A model generated the notes under the pieces. The model was not told where the DNA came from. It searched no databases and saw only the letters and a list, made by a program, of their open reading frames with translations. Source: Emiliania huxleyi CCMP1516 (Eukaryota). From it: a stretch of 64,000 nucleotides of DNA. The stretch lies in contig NW_005201192.1 of assembly GCF_000372725.1 (NCBI RefSeq), positions 1 through 64,000 of the forward strand, given 5' to 3'. Every line of letters starts with the position of its first letter. Within the stretch, counting starts at the first letter, position 1. Shown piece after piece: positions 30,706 through 43,897 of the stretch. Made by a program: the position numbers and the translations under genes.

Positions 30706-33700
30706 CCGGTGAGCCCCGCGAGCCCTGATCTCCCTGCGCAGCGCCACCGCCAGCCCAGCCCTCACGCGCGCGCCGCGCGCTAGTCGCCCAGTCTGCGCCA
30801 TTGCCAGCGCGCGGCGCCGTCGCTCCAATATTCACCGGCGCCTCTCCCTCCGTCGACGCGCGGCTCACATCAACCTCCCTCGGCTGCCTGCAGTGCGCTG
30901 CGCGCGCCGTCGGCCGCCATGGTGGCGACGGGCGGCATGGGAGGGGGGCTCTTCACGCAGTCCAACCCGGAGGACCGGAGGGTGGTGCCGGACGAGCCGG
31001 GCGACCGTCAGATCTTCAAGGTCGTGTACGTGGTCCTCGAGTCGCAGTACCAGTCGTCGCTCAGCACGGCGTGCAAGCGGATCAACGCAGGGCAGGAGAA
31101 GGTTGCCGTCGAGTGCTCGGGCTACATCCTCGAGGAGCTGCGCGACCCGGCCAACTTTGAGCAGTTCAAGAAGGACGTGGCCGACGCCAACATCTTCATC
31201 GGCTCGCTCATCTTTGTGCAGGCGCACGCCACCCGCGCGCACGGGTCCAAACGACGCCGCCGCCGCCGGCCCTCCGAGGCCGCGCCGCCACCCGCCTCAC
31301 GCGCCGCCTCGCGCCGCGCCCGCCGCAGGAGCTCGCCGACAAGGTGGTGGAGGCCGTCGAGCCGTACCGCGAGACGATGGACGCGGTCTGCGTTTTCCCG
31401 TCGATGCCGGCGGTGATGCGCCTCAACAAGATTGGCTCCTTCACGATGGCGTCGATGGGCCAGTCCAAGAACGTGATGCTGGACTTCATGAAGAAGAACA
31501 AGCCGAGCGGCACCTCGTTCCAGGACGGCATGCTGAAGCTGGTGCGCACGCTGCCCAAGGTGCTCAAGTTCCTCCCCGGCGACAAGGCCAAGGACGCGCG
31601 CTCCTTCATGATGTCGCTGCAGTACTGGCTCGGCGGCTCGCCCGAGAACATCGAGGCGCTGCTGCTCAACCTGGCGAGCACATACGTCTTCGAGTCCGAC
31701 CTGCTCACCGGCGAGGTGGTGGAGCCGCCGACCGTCATCCCCGACCAGGGCATCTGGCACCCGGTCGCGCCGCGCGTCTTCGAGACCAACGAGGAGTACA
31801 TCCAGTGGCTGCGCAACGAGCACGCGCCGACCATCGGCGTCGACCCGAACAAGGCGCCCGTGATCGGCGTCGTGCTGCAAAAGTCGCACATCAACACCAA
31901 GGACGACGCGCACTACGTCGCGCTCATCATGGAGATCGAGGCCAACGGCGGCCTCGTGCTGCCCATCTACACCGGCTCGCTCGACTTCTCCAAGCCGATC
32001 GAGGACTACTTCTTCCTCAACGGCCGCTCTGTCGTCGACACGACGATCAACCTGACCGGCTTCGCGCTCGTCGGCGGGCCGGCGACGCAGGACCACCCCA
32101 AGGCCATCGCGACGCTCAAGAAGCTGAACCGGCCGTACCTCTGCGCCGTCCCCGCCACCTTCCAGACCTTCGAGGAGTGGAAGGACTCGGAGCTCGGCCT
32201 GCACCCGGTGCAGGTTGCGCTGCAGGTTGCGCTGCCCGAGCTCGACGGCGCCATCGAGCCCATCATCTTCGCGGGCCGCGACGGCGTCACGGGCCGCTCG
32301 ATCCCGCAGTCGGACCGCATCGAGACGCTCGCCAAGCGCGCGATCAAGTGGTCCAACCTCTCGGCCAAGAAGAACGCCGACAAGAAGGTGGCCATCACCG
32401 TCTTCTCGTTCCCGCCCGACAAAGGCAACGTCGGCACCGCCGCGTACCTGAACGTGTTCGGTTCCATCTTCGAGGCGCTCAAGACGATGAAGGCGGAGGG
32501 GTACGACCTCGGCGCCGAGCTCCCCACCGACGTCGAGGGGCTCGTCGACGCTGTCCTCCACGACAAGGAGGCGTCTATGGCGTCGCCGACGCTCAACGTC
32601 GCATACTCCATGTCGGTCGCCGAGTACAAGGAGCTGACGCCGTACGCAGAGGACCTCGAGGAGAACTGGGGCCCGCCCCCGGGCCAGCTCAACACGGACG
32701 GCCAGAACCTGCTCGTGTACGGCGTCCGCTTCGGCAACGTCTTCATCGGCGTCCAGCCCTCGTTTGGGTACGAGGGCGACCCGATGCGGCTGCTGTACGC
32801 CAAGTCGGCCTCGCCGCACCACGGCTTTGCCGCCTACTACACCTACATCGAGAAGGTGCTGGAGGCGGACGCGGTGCTGCACTTTGGCACGCACGGCTCG
32901 CTCGAGTTCATGCCCGGCAAGCAGGTCGGCATGTCGGGCGGCTGCTACCCCGACCGCCTCATCCAGTCGACGCCCAACCTCTACTACTACGCGGCCAACA
33001 ACCCGTCCGAGGCCACCATCGCCAAGCGGCGCTCGTACGCCAACACAATCTCGTACCTGACGCCGCCGGCCGAGAACGCGGGCCTCTACAAGGGCCTCAA
33101 GGAGGTGGGCGAGCTCATCTCCTCCTACCAGGGCCTGCGCGAGAGCCGCGGCGCCTCGATCGTCAACTCGATCGTCGCCACCGCGCGGACGTGCAACCTC
33201 GACAAGGACGTCGACCTGCCGTCGGAGGACTTTGACACGGCGGAGCTCACCCTCGACGAGCGCGACATCATCGTCGGCAAGGTGTACTCCAAGATCATGG
33301 AGATCGAGTCGCGCCTGCTGCCGTGCGGCCTACACACCGTCGGCGTGCCGCCCACCGCCGAGGAGGCGATCGCGACGCTCGTCAACATCGCCTCCATCGA
33401 CCGGCCCGAGGACGAGATCGACGGCCTGCCGCGCATCCTCGCGCGGTCGGTCGGGCGCGACATCGAGGACATCTACCGCTCCGCCAACGCCGGCAACCTC
33501 GACGACAACCTCCTCAGCGAGAACATCAAGGAGGCCATCCGCGCCGCCGTGCGCGCTTCGGTCGAGCGCTCGACCGACGCGGCTGGCCGCGTGACCGAGG
33601 TGAACCCGATGATGGCGTCGCTCGGCGCGGTGCTGGGCGGCGGCTCGCCGATGCTGTCCGCGCTCAAGAAGCAGGGCTTCGACAAGGTGCAGGACCCAGA

Positions 33701-35033
33701 CCTCGAGAAGCTCTTCGGCTACCTCGAGTTCTGCCTCAAGCAGGTGGTCGCGGACAACGAGATGGGCGCCCTCATCGAGGGCCTGAACGGCGAGTACACG
33801 CTGCCGGGCCCGGGCGGCGACCCGATCCGCAACCCGCTCGTGCTGCCGACGGGCAAGAACATGCACGCGCTCGACCCGCAGGCCATCCCCACCATCGCCG
33901 CCTGCGACTGCGCCAAGGTGATGGTGGACCGGCTGCTCGAGCGGCAGGTTGCCGAGGAGGGAGAGTACCCCGAGTCGATCGCCTTTGTGCTCTGGGGCAC
34001 GGACAACATCAAGACGTACGGCGAGTCGCTGGCGCAGGTGCTGTGGATGGTCGGCGTGCGCCCGCTGCCCGACTCCCTCGGCCGCGTCAACCAGATCGAG
34101 GCCATCCCGCTCGAGGAGCTCGGCCGGCCGCGCGTGGACGTCGTCGTGACGTGCTCCGGCGTCTTCCGCGACCTCTTCATCAACCAGATGAACCTGCTCG
34201 ACCGCGCGGTCAAGCTGGTGGCCGAGCTGGACGAGCCGCTCGACCAGAACTTCGTGCGCAAGCACGCGCTCGAGCAGGCGGAGGAGTTTGGCGTCTCTGT
34301 GCGCGACGCGGCGACGCGCGTCTTCTCCAACGCGGCCGGCTCCTACTCGGCCAACGTGGGGCTCGCCATCGAGAATGGCGGCTGGGAGGGCGAGCAGCAG
34401 CTGCAGGAGCAGTTCACCTCGCGCAAGGGCTTCGCCTTCAACGCCGACCGGCCGGGCATCCTCGACGACAAGGCGGACATGTTCAAGTCGAGCCTCAAGA
34501 AGGTTGACGTCACCTTCCAGAACCTCGACTCGTCCGAGATCTCGCTGACGGACGTCTCGCACTACTTCGACTCGGACCCGACCAAGGTGGTCGGCTCGCT
34601 GCGCACCGACGGCAAGAAGCCGTCCTCGTTCGTCGCCGACACGACCACCGCCAACGGCCAGGTGCGCACGCTCTCGGAGACGGTCCGCCTCGACGCGCGC
34701 ACCAAGCTGCTCAACCCCAAGTTTTACGAGGGCATGCTCAAGTCGGGCTACGAGGGCACGCGCGAGATCACCAAGCGCCTGCGCAACACGATGGGCTGGT
34801 CCGCCACCGCGGGCGCCGTCGACAACTTTGTCTACGAGGACGCGAACGACGTCTTCATCGCCGACGAGGAGATGCAGAAGCGGCTGCTCGAGACCAACCC
34901 GAACGCCTTCCGCGACATGGTGACGACCTTCCTCGAGGCCAACGGCCGCGGCTACTGGGAGACGTCCGAGGAGAACCTCGACCGCCTGCGCCAGCTGTAC
35001 GCCGAGGTGGACGACAAGATCGAGGGCTTGTAG
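30249..35033 (+). CDS. chlH: Magnesium chelatase subunit H, plastid-targeted; exons 30249-30321, 30582-30708, 30894-31221, 31329-35033
   Basis: CobN/ChlH motifs [65 protein letters not shown]. The four exons join in frame. Intron 3 is GC-AG. N-terminal signal plus transit-like presequence. Confidence 0.97.
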
Positions 35034-35582
35034 CGGCGCCGCCGCTGCGTAGCGTAGGGAAGGGGGGGGCGGGGGGAGAGCAGGCCGTCTCCCCGCCCCG
35101 CCCCGCCGCCGCTGCCGCGCGGGCGCGCGGAGCCAGAGCCCGGGCTCCGCCGAGCGCCTCGTGCAGGCACCCACACGGCTGGAGAGAGGCGAGTTCTCTC
35201 GCCGAACCGTATACGATGGACCGGTCGCGATGCAACAACCTCTTTAAGTGTTTTGTGTCTCTGTCCCCTCTCTTAGCATTGTGGTATCAGTAGAGCCGTG
35301 CTTTTGATGTAACGCCATTCCATGCTGGTGTTTAAATTCATGTTTTCCAAACAACAAACCCCCAGTAGCTTTTCTCTCCCGGGAGAGAAGTAGAGCCACC
35401 GGCACCGGGCGCGAAGGGGGCCTTTTTTGCGTTTGACACACCTTTAGGATGCATTGCGCAACTACAGAGCTGCTGCTACAGGGAGAGAATCAGTCTGTGG
35501 GCCCGAGTGTGGACTGGTGGTTGTTATTGTTTGCCTTTTAGGTATGTAAAGAGACGGTGAGTGCAGTCGCGATGGGATAGGG

Positions 35583-36360
35583 GACTAGGTCCAGCCCTGG
35601 GTGAGCCGGGTTGTGACATTTGGCGATTCCGCGGCTTACTGGGTCCCTGAGCCGCTCCCCGTGTGCGATTATTGTGGCCCAGGCATGGTACTGATAGTAA
35701 ACGGGTCAGAACCGGCCAAACACAGGCTACAGCCCCACACACGCGCCCGCCATAGCTCCTGGAGAGCATGCGCGAGTGACGCGCTACAAGCCGCGAGAGT
35801 GGCATCAGAGGCAGGAACGACGTGCTCTTGCTGCACCTTGCAGCTGCACCGAGTGTGCTCGCAGTGTATGCCACGGCCGCCGCCTGCGGCATTGCTCTCG
35901 TGCAGCTAAGGCGACGCAGGTCCATCAGCAGGGCTCATCCAATGCGAGCACACATTGTGCTTAGCCGCGGGCAGGTGGCAGTGCACAGCCGCACACCGGC
36001 TGTGGCGGCTCGAATGCCCCCGGCAGTGCTGCTAGTCATCAACTTGCGTATTAGGGCCGCAGCAGACTGCTGCTGTGGCAGCAGCAGCAGCCTGCTGCTG
36101 CCTGATTCAGTCAAGCCAGCGGTGCAGCGAGGCGTGCAGAATTCGCGCGGTTTGGTACCTCCTGAGGCTGAGCGCGTTCAGACTCGGTGACCGGAGTTGG
36201 ATGGTCCGATGGAGCTCGGCGAGCTCCATCGGACCATCCATGGCCGGACGGCGGAGCGTGAGGTGGCGAGCGGAGAGATGTACCGCAAGACCAAAAAAAC
36301 ACGGATCTGACGCGATGTCCCAAAACGTCAGATCTGGCTCACCCAGGGCTGGACCTAGTC
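35583..36360. mobile_element. Non-autonomous TIR element, 778 bp, 4-bp TSD (Sola-like)
   Basis: Perfect 25-bp TIRs GACTAGGTCCAGCCCTGGGTGAGCC (35583-35607) and its reverse complement (36336-36360). AGGG on both flanks. Confidence 0.8.
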
Positions 36361-36502
36361 AGGGAGGTGGACGTGTCCGAGGGGGGAACGCGGTTTTACA
36401 TGAGCAGCCACCTCTAGAGTCACCTTCTCTCGTGTTGAGGGCCGTCGATCCACTCGTGAGCCGTACTGCTACGCATATGCGAGGAGGCCCATATGCTTCT
36501 CG

Positions 36503-36612
36503 GGGGCGGTTAGGTAAGGGGGAGGGGGTTAGGTAGGGGGGGGGGGAGGGGGGGGTTAAGGGGGGTAGGGGTAAGAGGGTTAGGGGGTTAGTGTGGTTAG
36601 GGGGTTAGGGGG
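36503..36612 (+). repeat. Degenerate G-rich telomere-like (TTAGGG) tract
   Basis: Multiple GGGTTAG/GGTTAGGG units among G-runs. Confidence 0.6.
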
Positions 36613-39142
36613 ATCGGCCGAAGGTGGATGCAGAAGAGACAGACTTGTGATACGTAAGACATTTGTTGTCGCCTCAGGCGCTACTTGGCTCGGGCAAGAC
36701 ACCGAAATACGCGACGTCTTGTCGACGCACTATGGATCGCGGGCGCGTACTTACATAACATGGCTGATCTGTGCATTCTGGGCGACTACATATGCGTGGC
36801 AGTACGGCTGGATCGTCGAGTTTGGCTTGTGCATTGGCCTGGGCGTCACGGCTGACGCACCGGGACCAATAACAGCCGCTGACGCGAGCCGCAGGGCAAA
36901 GTCCAAGAAGGCTCCGACCCCTCCTGCTGTTGATGGCTGTTTCATAGAGAGGCGACAACAGTCAGGCCACAACGAGACTGGACACCCACTTGGAAGAGGC
37001 AAGTTATCGCAGGGGATGGTCGTGGTGGCACACTGGAGCGAGACAAGACACAATCAGACACGACATGCGCGGAGTGTCCTCATGTCATGTGCGTCTGCGA
37101 GGCCGCGCGCGAAGTACAGTGGGGAACCCTTACGAGTTACGTGCGATCTGTCGGATTTATCCATTTTGCGTGTACTTGTAGTGTTGTAAGGACGTGCTGC
37201 ACTTGTAGTGTTGTAAGGACGTGCTGCTCTGAGAACCAGACGTCTCGAACACAGAGAGCCCGGGCCCTTTCGGAGTCGCGCACGCACAGGACACCACGAG
37301 AAACATAGACCACCATGCCACCAGTCCCCGTCGACGCGCGGGCGAGCGGGATGGGGCCCGGCCCGCTTGCTCGGCGCACGTTAGCTACGCCGTGGGCTCA
37401 GGCCCCCGTTCTCACACCGACGCCGCTCGCTCAGGCCTCGCCGAACTCGAACTTGAACTCGTGGCCCTCCTGCCTCCTCCTTCGAGGCCCACTTTGCGCC
37501 CGCGATCGTGAAATCGAAAGAGCCTTGCCATTCGCCTTGAGCTCCTTGGAGAGGTACTTCACGAACTTCTTGTAGCTGCGTGGGCGGCAGGAGCAGCGCG
37601 ACGGGAGGTGAATTGCACGTGTGGGGGGCGTGTGCGGGTGTGTGCGGGCGGTGTGGAGGCGTGGAAAGCGGGAGGATCACTTCTTCCCGTTCTTCGTGAT
37701 GGGGGGCGGCTTGCTCATATTCTTCTCTGCGCGGCGCGTCTGCGCGACAAACGCTGTGTACAGCCATGCTTGGCGCGGGGTGTCGGAAACGAGCCGTGGC
37801 GGGGTGTGCGATGCCGCGCCGCGCCGACGGCAGGCGGGGGCGCAGGGGTGCGGGAGCGCGCGGGGGTCACGCTTCAGAGACATTAGGTGCGCACCTTTTA
37901 TTTTTTGAGCCGCTGGGAACCCTGTAGCCTGTTCATGCCAATCCTCCGACTGTTGACTTGTACTCGAGTACGTCGTGCCCGTCTCACGACTGGCACACCT
38001 TAAGGCTGGCACATGGACACGCCTCAGCGCGGCACTGATCTCGAACTTTAACAACATTTCTTGTGTTTTCACGAACGAACGAACCATGTGGTCAGGAAAC
38101 GAATGTGTGGCCAAATGTGCTCTCTGTCTGTTATCTGCCAACAGTCGCTTCCCAATTTCCTCGCTTCCCGACTTCCAGTGCGATAAAAAGGGAATGCGCC
38201 TACGGGTGGACCCCCCCCCCCCCACACACACAGCGCTCACAACTCACAAAACTCCACCGTTCACACTGGCCAGTTAGTGAGTTATTTAGGAAGGTGAAGA
38301 GCAGCCAGGTTCGGACTGGACACCAGCGCGGTATGGATGGACGCAAGACAGGCGATGACGGCACGCTGGAGCGACACACTCACACAGACAGACACAGACA
38401 CACACAAACAAAGACACACACACACACAAGACACTGACTGGCCGTGCGTGCCCCAGTGTCGTCGTATCGTGCGATAAAGAGAATTTCACAAACAACAAAT
38501 CTCCCTCGCACAGCACTGGGCAAGGGAATGGCGCGCACTGGCACTAACACAGGTACCACCACGGGAGCCGCCTAAGTAAGTAAGCACTCCAGCGATTGGC
38601 TAGAGCCTAGACGAGCGGCCTACCTCCACGGGGCTGTTGGCGCAGGGGGAGGTGTCAATCACGCTCCCGGGACGCCGGAGAGATCGGGTTGGTCTCCCCC
38701 GCCTTCAGCCCTGACTGACCCGACGGGGACGCCACCACCCTCGCCCAGGGATCTACAATGCTGTCTTAAGGTCCGACCTGTGGGCTCTGCCTGCGCTCGG
38801 CACCGGGCACCGCCTCGGTATACAAAATGCGCCTGCGGGCGGACCCTCACAGATCACAGATCACTCCAGCGATAAAGAAAGAGAGACGTGTCTCTGGCGC
38901 GAACTCGCGGCGGGCGCTCCCAACCTCGTTCGCTGCCCCACGCACACGGCCGCGCCCTTCGCCCCACGGCGGATGGACGTTAGTCCCGAAGGGCGCCGCA
39001 CCGCTGCCCCCAAGGCAAAGAAGGGGCGGACGAGGTACCTCCGCGTCTCTGGCCCTGACCAGGCCTCGCTGGACGGCGGCATTGACAGTGCAGAGGAGGT
39101 TGGAGCGCAGCCACCTGGCTGGTCTCTTGGGCGGCTGTCGCT

Positions 39143-40886
39143 TATGGCGGCAGTCGCCGCGCAAGCGGCGATCCTCATCCTCGCCACGATGGCAGCTGTG
39201 CAAGCCTTCCTCGCCTCGCCTCCTCCGCGGCCGCGGCCGCCTCCGCCGTCGCCGTCTCTGCCTCCCCCACCGCCTCCGCTGCCCCCACCACCCCCAAGGC
39301 CGCCACCGTCGCCGCCGCCAACGCCCTGGCGGCTGGGAGACGCTCGAAAGAGGCTCGCCATCCTCTCGGTGAAAATGCTGCCTCGCCGGCAGCGAGCCGA
39401 TGTCGTCCAACAGATCCTAGAAGGGAAGCGACCGAGGCGAACGCTCTCTTAGACTCTAGATCGCGGCCCACACACGATGTGTCGACATGTCTACGCAGCG
39501 CCTTTTACGCCGGATGCGGATGCGCCCCCTCGCCAGCCTCACGCCCCGCCGTCAACCGGTCCAGGAGTGAGCGGGGCGTCGCGTCGCTGATTGATATTGG
39601 CGACGTGATTGAAGTCTTTGAGGGCGCGTTCGCCTCCGGCGGTGCCAAGGCCGCCAGCTGCCTTCGCGCCCCGTTTGATCACAGGTCCACACACTCTCGT
39701 ACGTCCGGACTGCCTTAGGCCACCCTCTCGCTCGTGGACCGCGCCCCTTTTGCACTCGCGACCAAGGCAGCACTAAACGCGACGGGGCGCGCCTCAGAGA
39801 TTGGCATCAACGCCCACGTGCAGGTTGGGTGCGGCATCTCATACTCTAGCGCAGAGAAGCCGGCGGTGGACATTGTGGGGGTCGAGGGCTGCGAGCACGG
39901 CTTGTGTGGCCCCGACGACTCGAGAACAAGCAGCGCCCGCCGCTTCCACCCATGGTCCGACCTCAAACGGCACTGCTGGGTGCACGGCTCGCTCTGGTGG
40001 CTCCGCCACTGGGCCGGGGCCTTCCTCGCCGACAAGATGCTGCGCGCAGTGCCGTTCCCTGACCTGAGCGCGTCCGACGGCGCGCCAGTGAGCAGGGATC
40101 GCCTCTTCGCGTGGCTGCAAAAGGACATGCGCTGGTGCATCGCTCGCCTCCCAGAGTGCGACGCCGACGTCATCAACGCGCCAAACACATTTGCCGCTCT
40201 CGGCAGCAGCAGTGGAACTGAGGAGCTGACCGACGCCGCCAAGCTGGAGCGCAGCAGCTCTTCGCACCACCCTAGGCGGTGTTCCATCTCTTACCCACGT
40301 CGCCTCCCTCACAGGAGCTCAAAGAGGCCTTCAACCTCTTCGACATCGACTCGTCCGGCTCGATCGACATCAAGGAGCTGCACGCAGCGATGCGCTCTCT
40401 TGGGGCATCGGAGGAGTCTGCCGAGGTGTCGCCGAGTCATCGCTGCCCACCCCCTCTCTCTCTTGGAGCCACGGCCTGCACTGATTCCGCTGTACTGGTG
40501 CGTGCCAGAGCTCGCTGGAGTCGTTTGACAAGGACCACTCCGGCAAGATTGAGTTTGAGGAGTTTTGCGTCATTGCGGCGCCGCTGTACAAGTCGTCACA
40601 CGCCTCTCTTCGCGCCGCCTTTGACTTTTTCGACGCCGACGCTTCGGCGTGCCCCCCCCCCCCCCCCGCTATGCCGGCCCCCTGACCCTGCAAGCCACGC
40701 TGCGCGTAGGGCCACATCGACATCAAGGAGCTGGAGACGGTCCTCACCAAGCTGCAAATCGACAGGCATGGCACCAAGGTGGAAACCGTCTTCAACGAGG
40801 CGGACACTAACGACGACCGTAAGGTGACATTCGACGAATTCGTCGTGATGTTCGTGTCTCAGAAAAAGGCCGGAGCCGCAGCGTGA
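39143..40886 (+). CDS. Multi-exon protein with a C-terminal calmodulin/centrin-like EF-hand domain
   Basis: EF-hands [59 protein letters not shown]. Stop at 40884-40886. The N-terminal exons and start are uncertain. Confidence 0.7.
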
Positions 40887-41778
40887 ACACGGGGCGGCCA
40901 TACAGCCTCTAGCCATATGTCTCCCGGGGAGAGATATCGAGATGGGAAAGGGAGGCAAGTCGAGACACAGGAGAGACACACACTGACGGGTCCGGTGTGT
41001 GTGCTGGATAGAGACCGTGGCCGCAGCCCGCAGGCCCCCAGGCGCAACGCCCCCCCCACAGACTCGACGACTCTCTCGAGAGACTGCACCCGCCACCGGC
41101 ACCGCCCCAGAGAGGACGCGCGAGGGACGCGCTCCCGGCACGGAGCACAGGCACGGAAGTCAGAAAAGAGTGTTCAAATTCTTTTTTGCAGACAAAGAAC
41201 CCTGCACAAAGATCGCACGGGCGGGATCTAGAACTCGGAAGCCAGAAGTGCAGAGACCCGGCTCTCCCGGGTCCCGCTCCCGGCCTCCCCGCGGTCCCCC
41301 GGGGACGCGGTGGCCGGTGCGAGATATATGTGTCAGAGATGAACGATCACATCTTTCGGGTGCGCCTACAAACGGTGCGCACAAATAACTTTATATCGAC
41401 ACGGACACGACACCGGGGAAACAGAGGAACAGTTTACAGAAGGCTCGAGACCGCAATCGCCACACAGAAGCCGCGGCCCTGGCTGCGGGCCTCCCCGCTG
41501 CGCGGAGGCCCGCAGTATCTGCCCCGGCATCGCTCGCGGAACCTCCGCGTCGCAACGCCCGGGCTGGGGAGCAGCCAATTACGCGTCGACCGCCCCGCCG
41601 AGCCGCCCCGCACCCACTGCCGCCCTCCCCACGGGCGCCGCACCACTGCACTGCAAGAGTCACTCGCGAAATGTAACCGGTGTGCGCCGCCGGCGCCGCC
41701 AGCTGCGACGGCCGCCTGCGCCGCGCCGCACTGTAGAAGTGGGGCAGGTCGCCGCCCCACGGACCGCAAAGAGCGCGT

Positions 41779-43100
41779 TTACCTTTGCTCCGAGAGCATG
41801 GTCGCCCGAGACCTGAGCCTGGCGCCGCCAGGGCCTTCCACGCGGCCCGCAGAGTCGCGCGACGAGCGCTCGTCGAGGCTCGAACGCTCGAGGCTCGACT
41901 TGCGCGCCACCGACTCGCGCCACGCGTCGCGCCACGCCTCGGCCTCGGTCATGTCGTCGCCTGCAGAGGGGCAGAGGGCAGGGGGGGCCTCGCGCGCCCA
42001 GCCCGGAGGGGAGGCGCGGCCAGCGGTGCAGCGGTGCCTGCAGTGGGGTCTCTGGAGGTGTGCGGGCTGGAGGGGGGAGCCGTGCGGGGCGTCGCGTCTG
42101 CCTGCAAGCCGCGGGCGGAGCCGTGCTGCGAACTGCGGCGGCCAGAAGCGGTAGGCAGTGGCGTACACGAGCAGCGAGAGGAGGAGCCAGACGGGCGGGT
42201 AGACGAAGCCGGCGCTGATGTAGCCCGAGAGGAGGATGTTCAGAGTGTAGTTGACGGGCTCGGTGAAGAGGTCGCCGCGCGTGCCGTCGACAGAGGAGAA
42301 GGGGAGGACAAAGTAGCCGAGCAGCCGGACGATGGTGCCGACTTGGAGGAGGATCCAGAGGTTCGGCAGCAGGCGGTGGTCGAGGTAGAGCACCTTGAAC
42401 GCCTCCAGCGCGCGCAGCACGCCGTACAGCCCAAACACGGGGATGATCAGGTGCCTGATGCCCACGCGCGGCGTGAGCAGCGCGCCAGTCGGCACGTTGA
42501 TGAAGAGCGCCACCGCCGCCGCCGACCGCGCCCAGAGCGGGTTGTCTCGGTAGAGGATGGCGCCCAGCCCGAGGCACAGCTCCACGAAGGAGAAGAAGCC
42601 GTGCACCGCCACCACCGTCGGTGTGTGCGTCCACGGCTGTGTCGCAGACCACGTCGAGGCGGTCATCTTGCGGTGCGCGCGGCTGACGACGGTCCTCTCG
42701 ACGAGGTACGTCTTCACCCACGAGAAGGTGGAGAGGAGGAACAGGGAGACCGCGAGCGTCCCGTTGAGCGGGTGCTCAACAAAGTCGTACTGCGTCTCGT
42801 AGTGGTTTGGAAACTCGGCGAGCCGCGCAAGGCCCTCCTTGACGAGCGCGACCGGGTCCTGGGGCGGGGGAGCGGCCGGGCTCGGGCGGGGAGGCGGCAG
42901 GCAGCGAAGGAGCGGGAAGGTAGCAGCCGCACAATGCGCCCCGGTGGCGCACGAAGAGGGCTGGCCAGCAGCCACTGCGGTGGCTGTGGGACTGAGGGGC
43001 GACACTGCGGTGGATGCCGGCGGCGCACCTCGAGTGCACAGACGGCGATCGTCGAGCAGACGACGAGGACCGTGTCGAGCTGGAAGTGGGTGAGAGGCAT
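41779..43100 (-). CDS. Uncharacterised multi-pass membrane protein (2 exons)
   Basis: Exon 1 MPLTHFQLDTVLVVCSTIAVCALE, intron ~42859-43028, exon 2 with ~6-7 hydrophobic helices. Confidence 0.7.
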
Positions 43101-43897
43101 TCCCTTTATTGAGTGGCCGTGAACGGGGGCGGGGCGGCAGCCAGGCCGGCTTCCCTTGGGCGAGGAAAGCAGATTTTGGTTTGGTTAGACTAAACTTAGT
43201 CCGAGCGAGCCATCACGGCGAGGTCGGCCGAGAAAGATATACTTTTTCTTCTTTTTTTAAAAGACGAGCACTTTTGTTTGTTCTTTGTTGTGGTGGTGTG
43301 TGTGTGTGTGTTGTGCGTTGTGTGTTGCGTGTTGTGCGGCGGGCGGTGGGCGCAATGCGGGTGGGGGGGTGGGGGGGGCACTCGGCCCAGAAGCAAATAA
43401 ATAAATAAATAAAAACGGACACCTCTCTACTGTGAGACGGGTAAAAAGGAACAGGCCCCCGCCCTTGCGATCTTTGTGCAGGGTTCTTTGTGGGTGTGGT
43501 CGGCGACTAGCCGGGGTCGTCCTCCCGGTGGGGGACTAGCACTAGCCGTCTTCCACATGGTCCCTCGGGTCCCTGCTGCTCCTAATCTCTTCGTACATCC
43601 TCCTGCTGATCTCCGCAAAGTCCTGCTCCCTCCCTCGTCTCGCCCTGCGCGTCTGCTCCGCCTCACCGTCTTCTGCCCTGCGTCGTCTGGCGACGGGTCC
43701 TTACACAAGGAATCTTCCTCCGCCACATTGGAGGGAGGACGGGCACATTGGCTCCCACAACCACATTCGGCTTCGGCAGCGCGAAGGAGGAGCACGTTAC
43801 GCATCTTGCAGGCAACGCTGCGAAATCCTCGTCCGTGCCCTCGCGAGGGCACGGACACGCCGAAGAGAACCGCCGGGGTTAGGGCGAGGCAGCACCC

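Noticed and set aside
30893..35174. Long alternative-frame and antisense ORFs over chlH (780, 590, 614, 394 aa)
   Set aside because: These are shadow ORFs caused by extreme GC3 bias; the ChlH frame explains the region.
37380..37770. Possible spliced coding fragment on the minus strand (AWLYTAFVAQ...YKKFVKYLSKELK)
   Set aside because: Short, with no clear start or recognisable domain.
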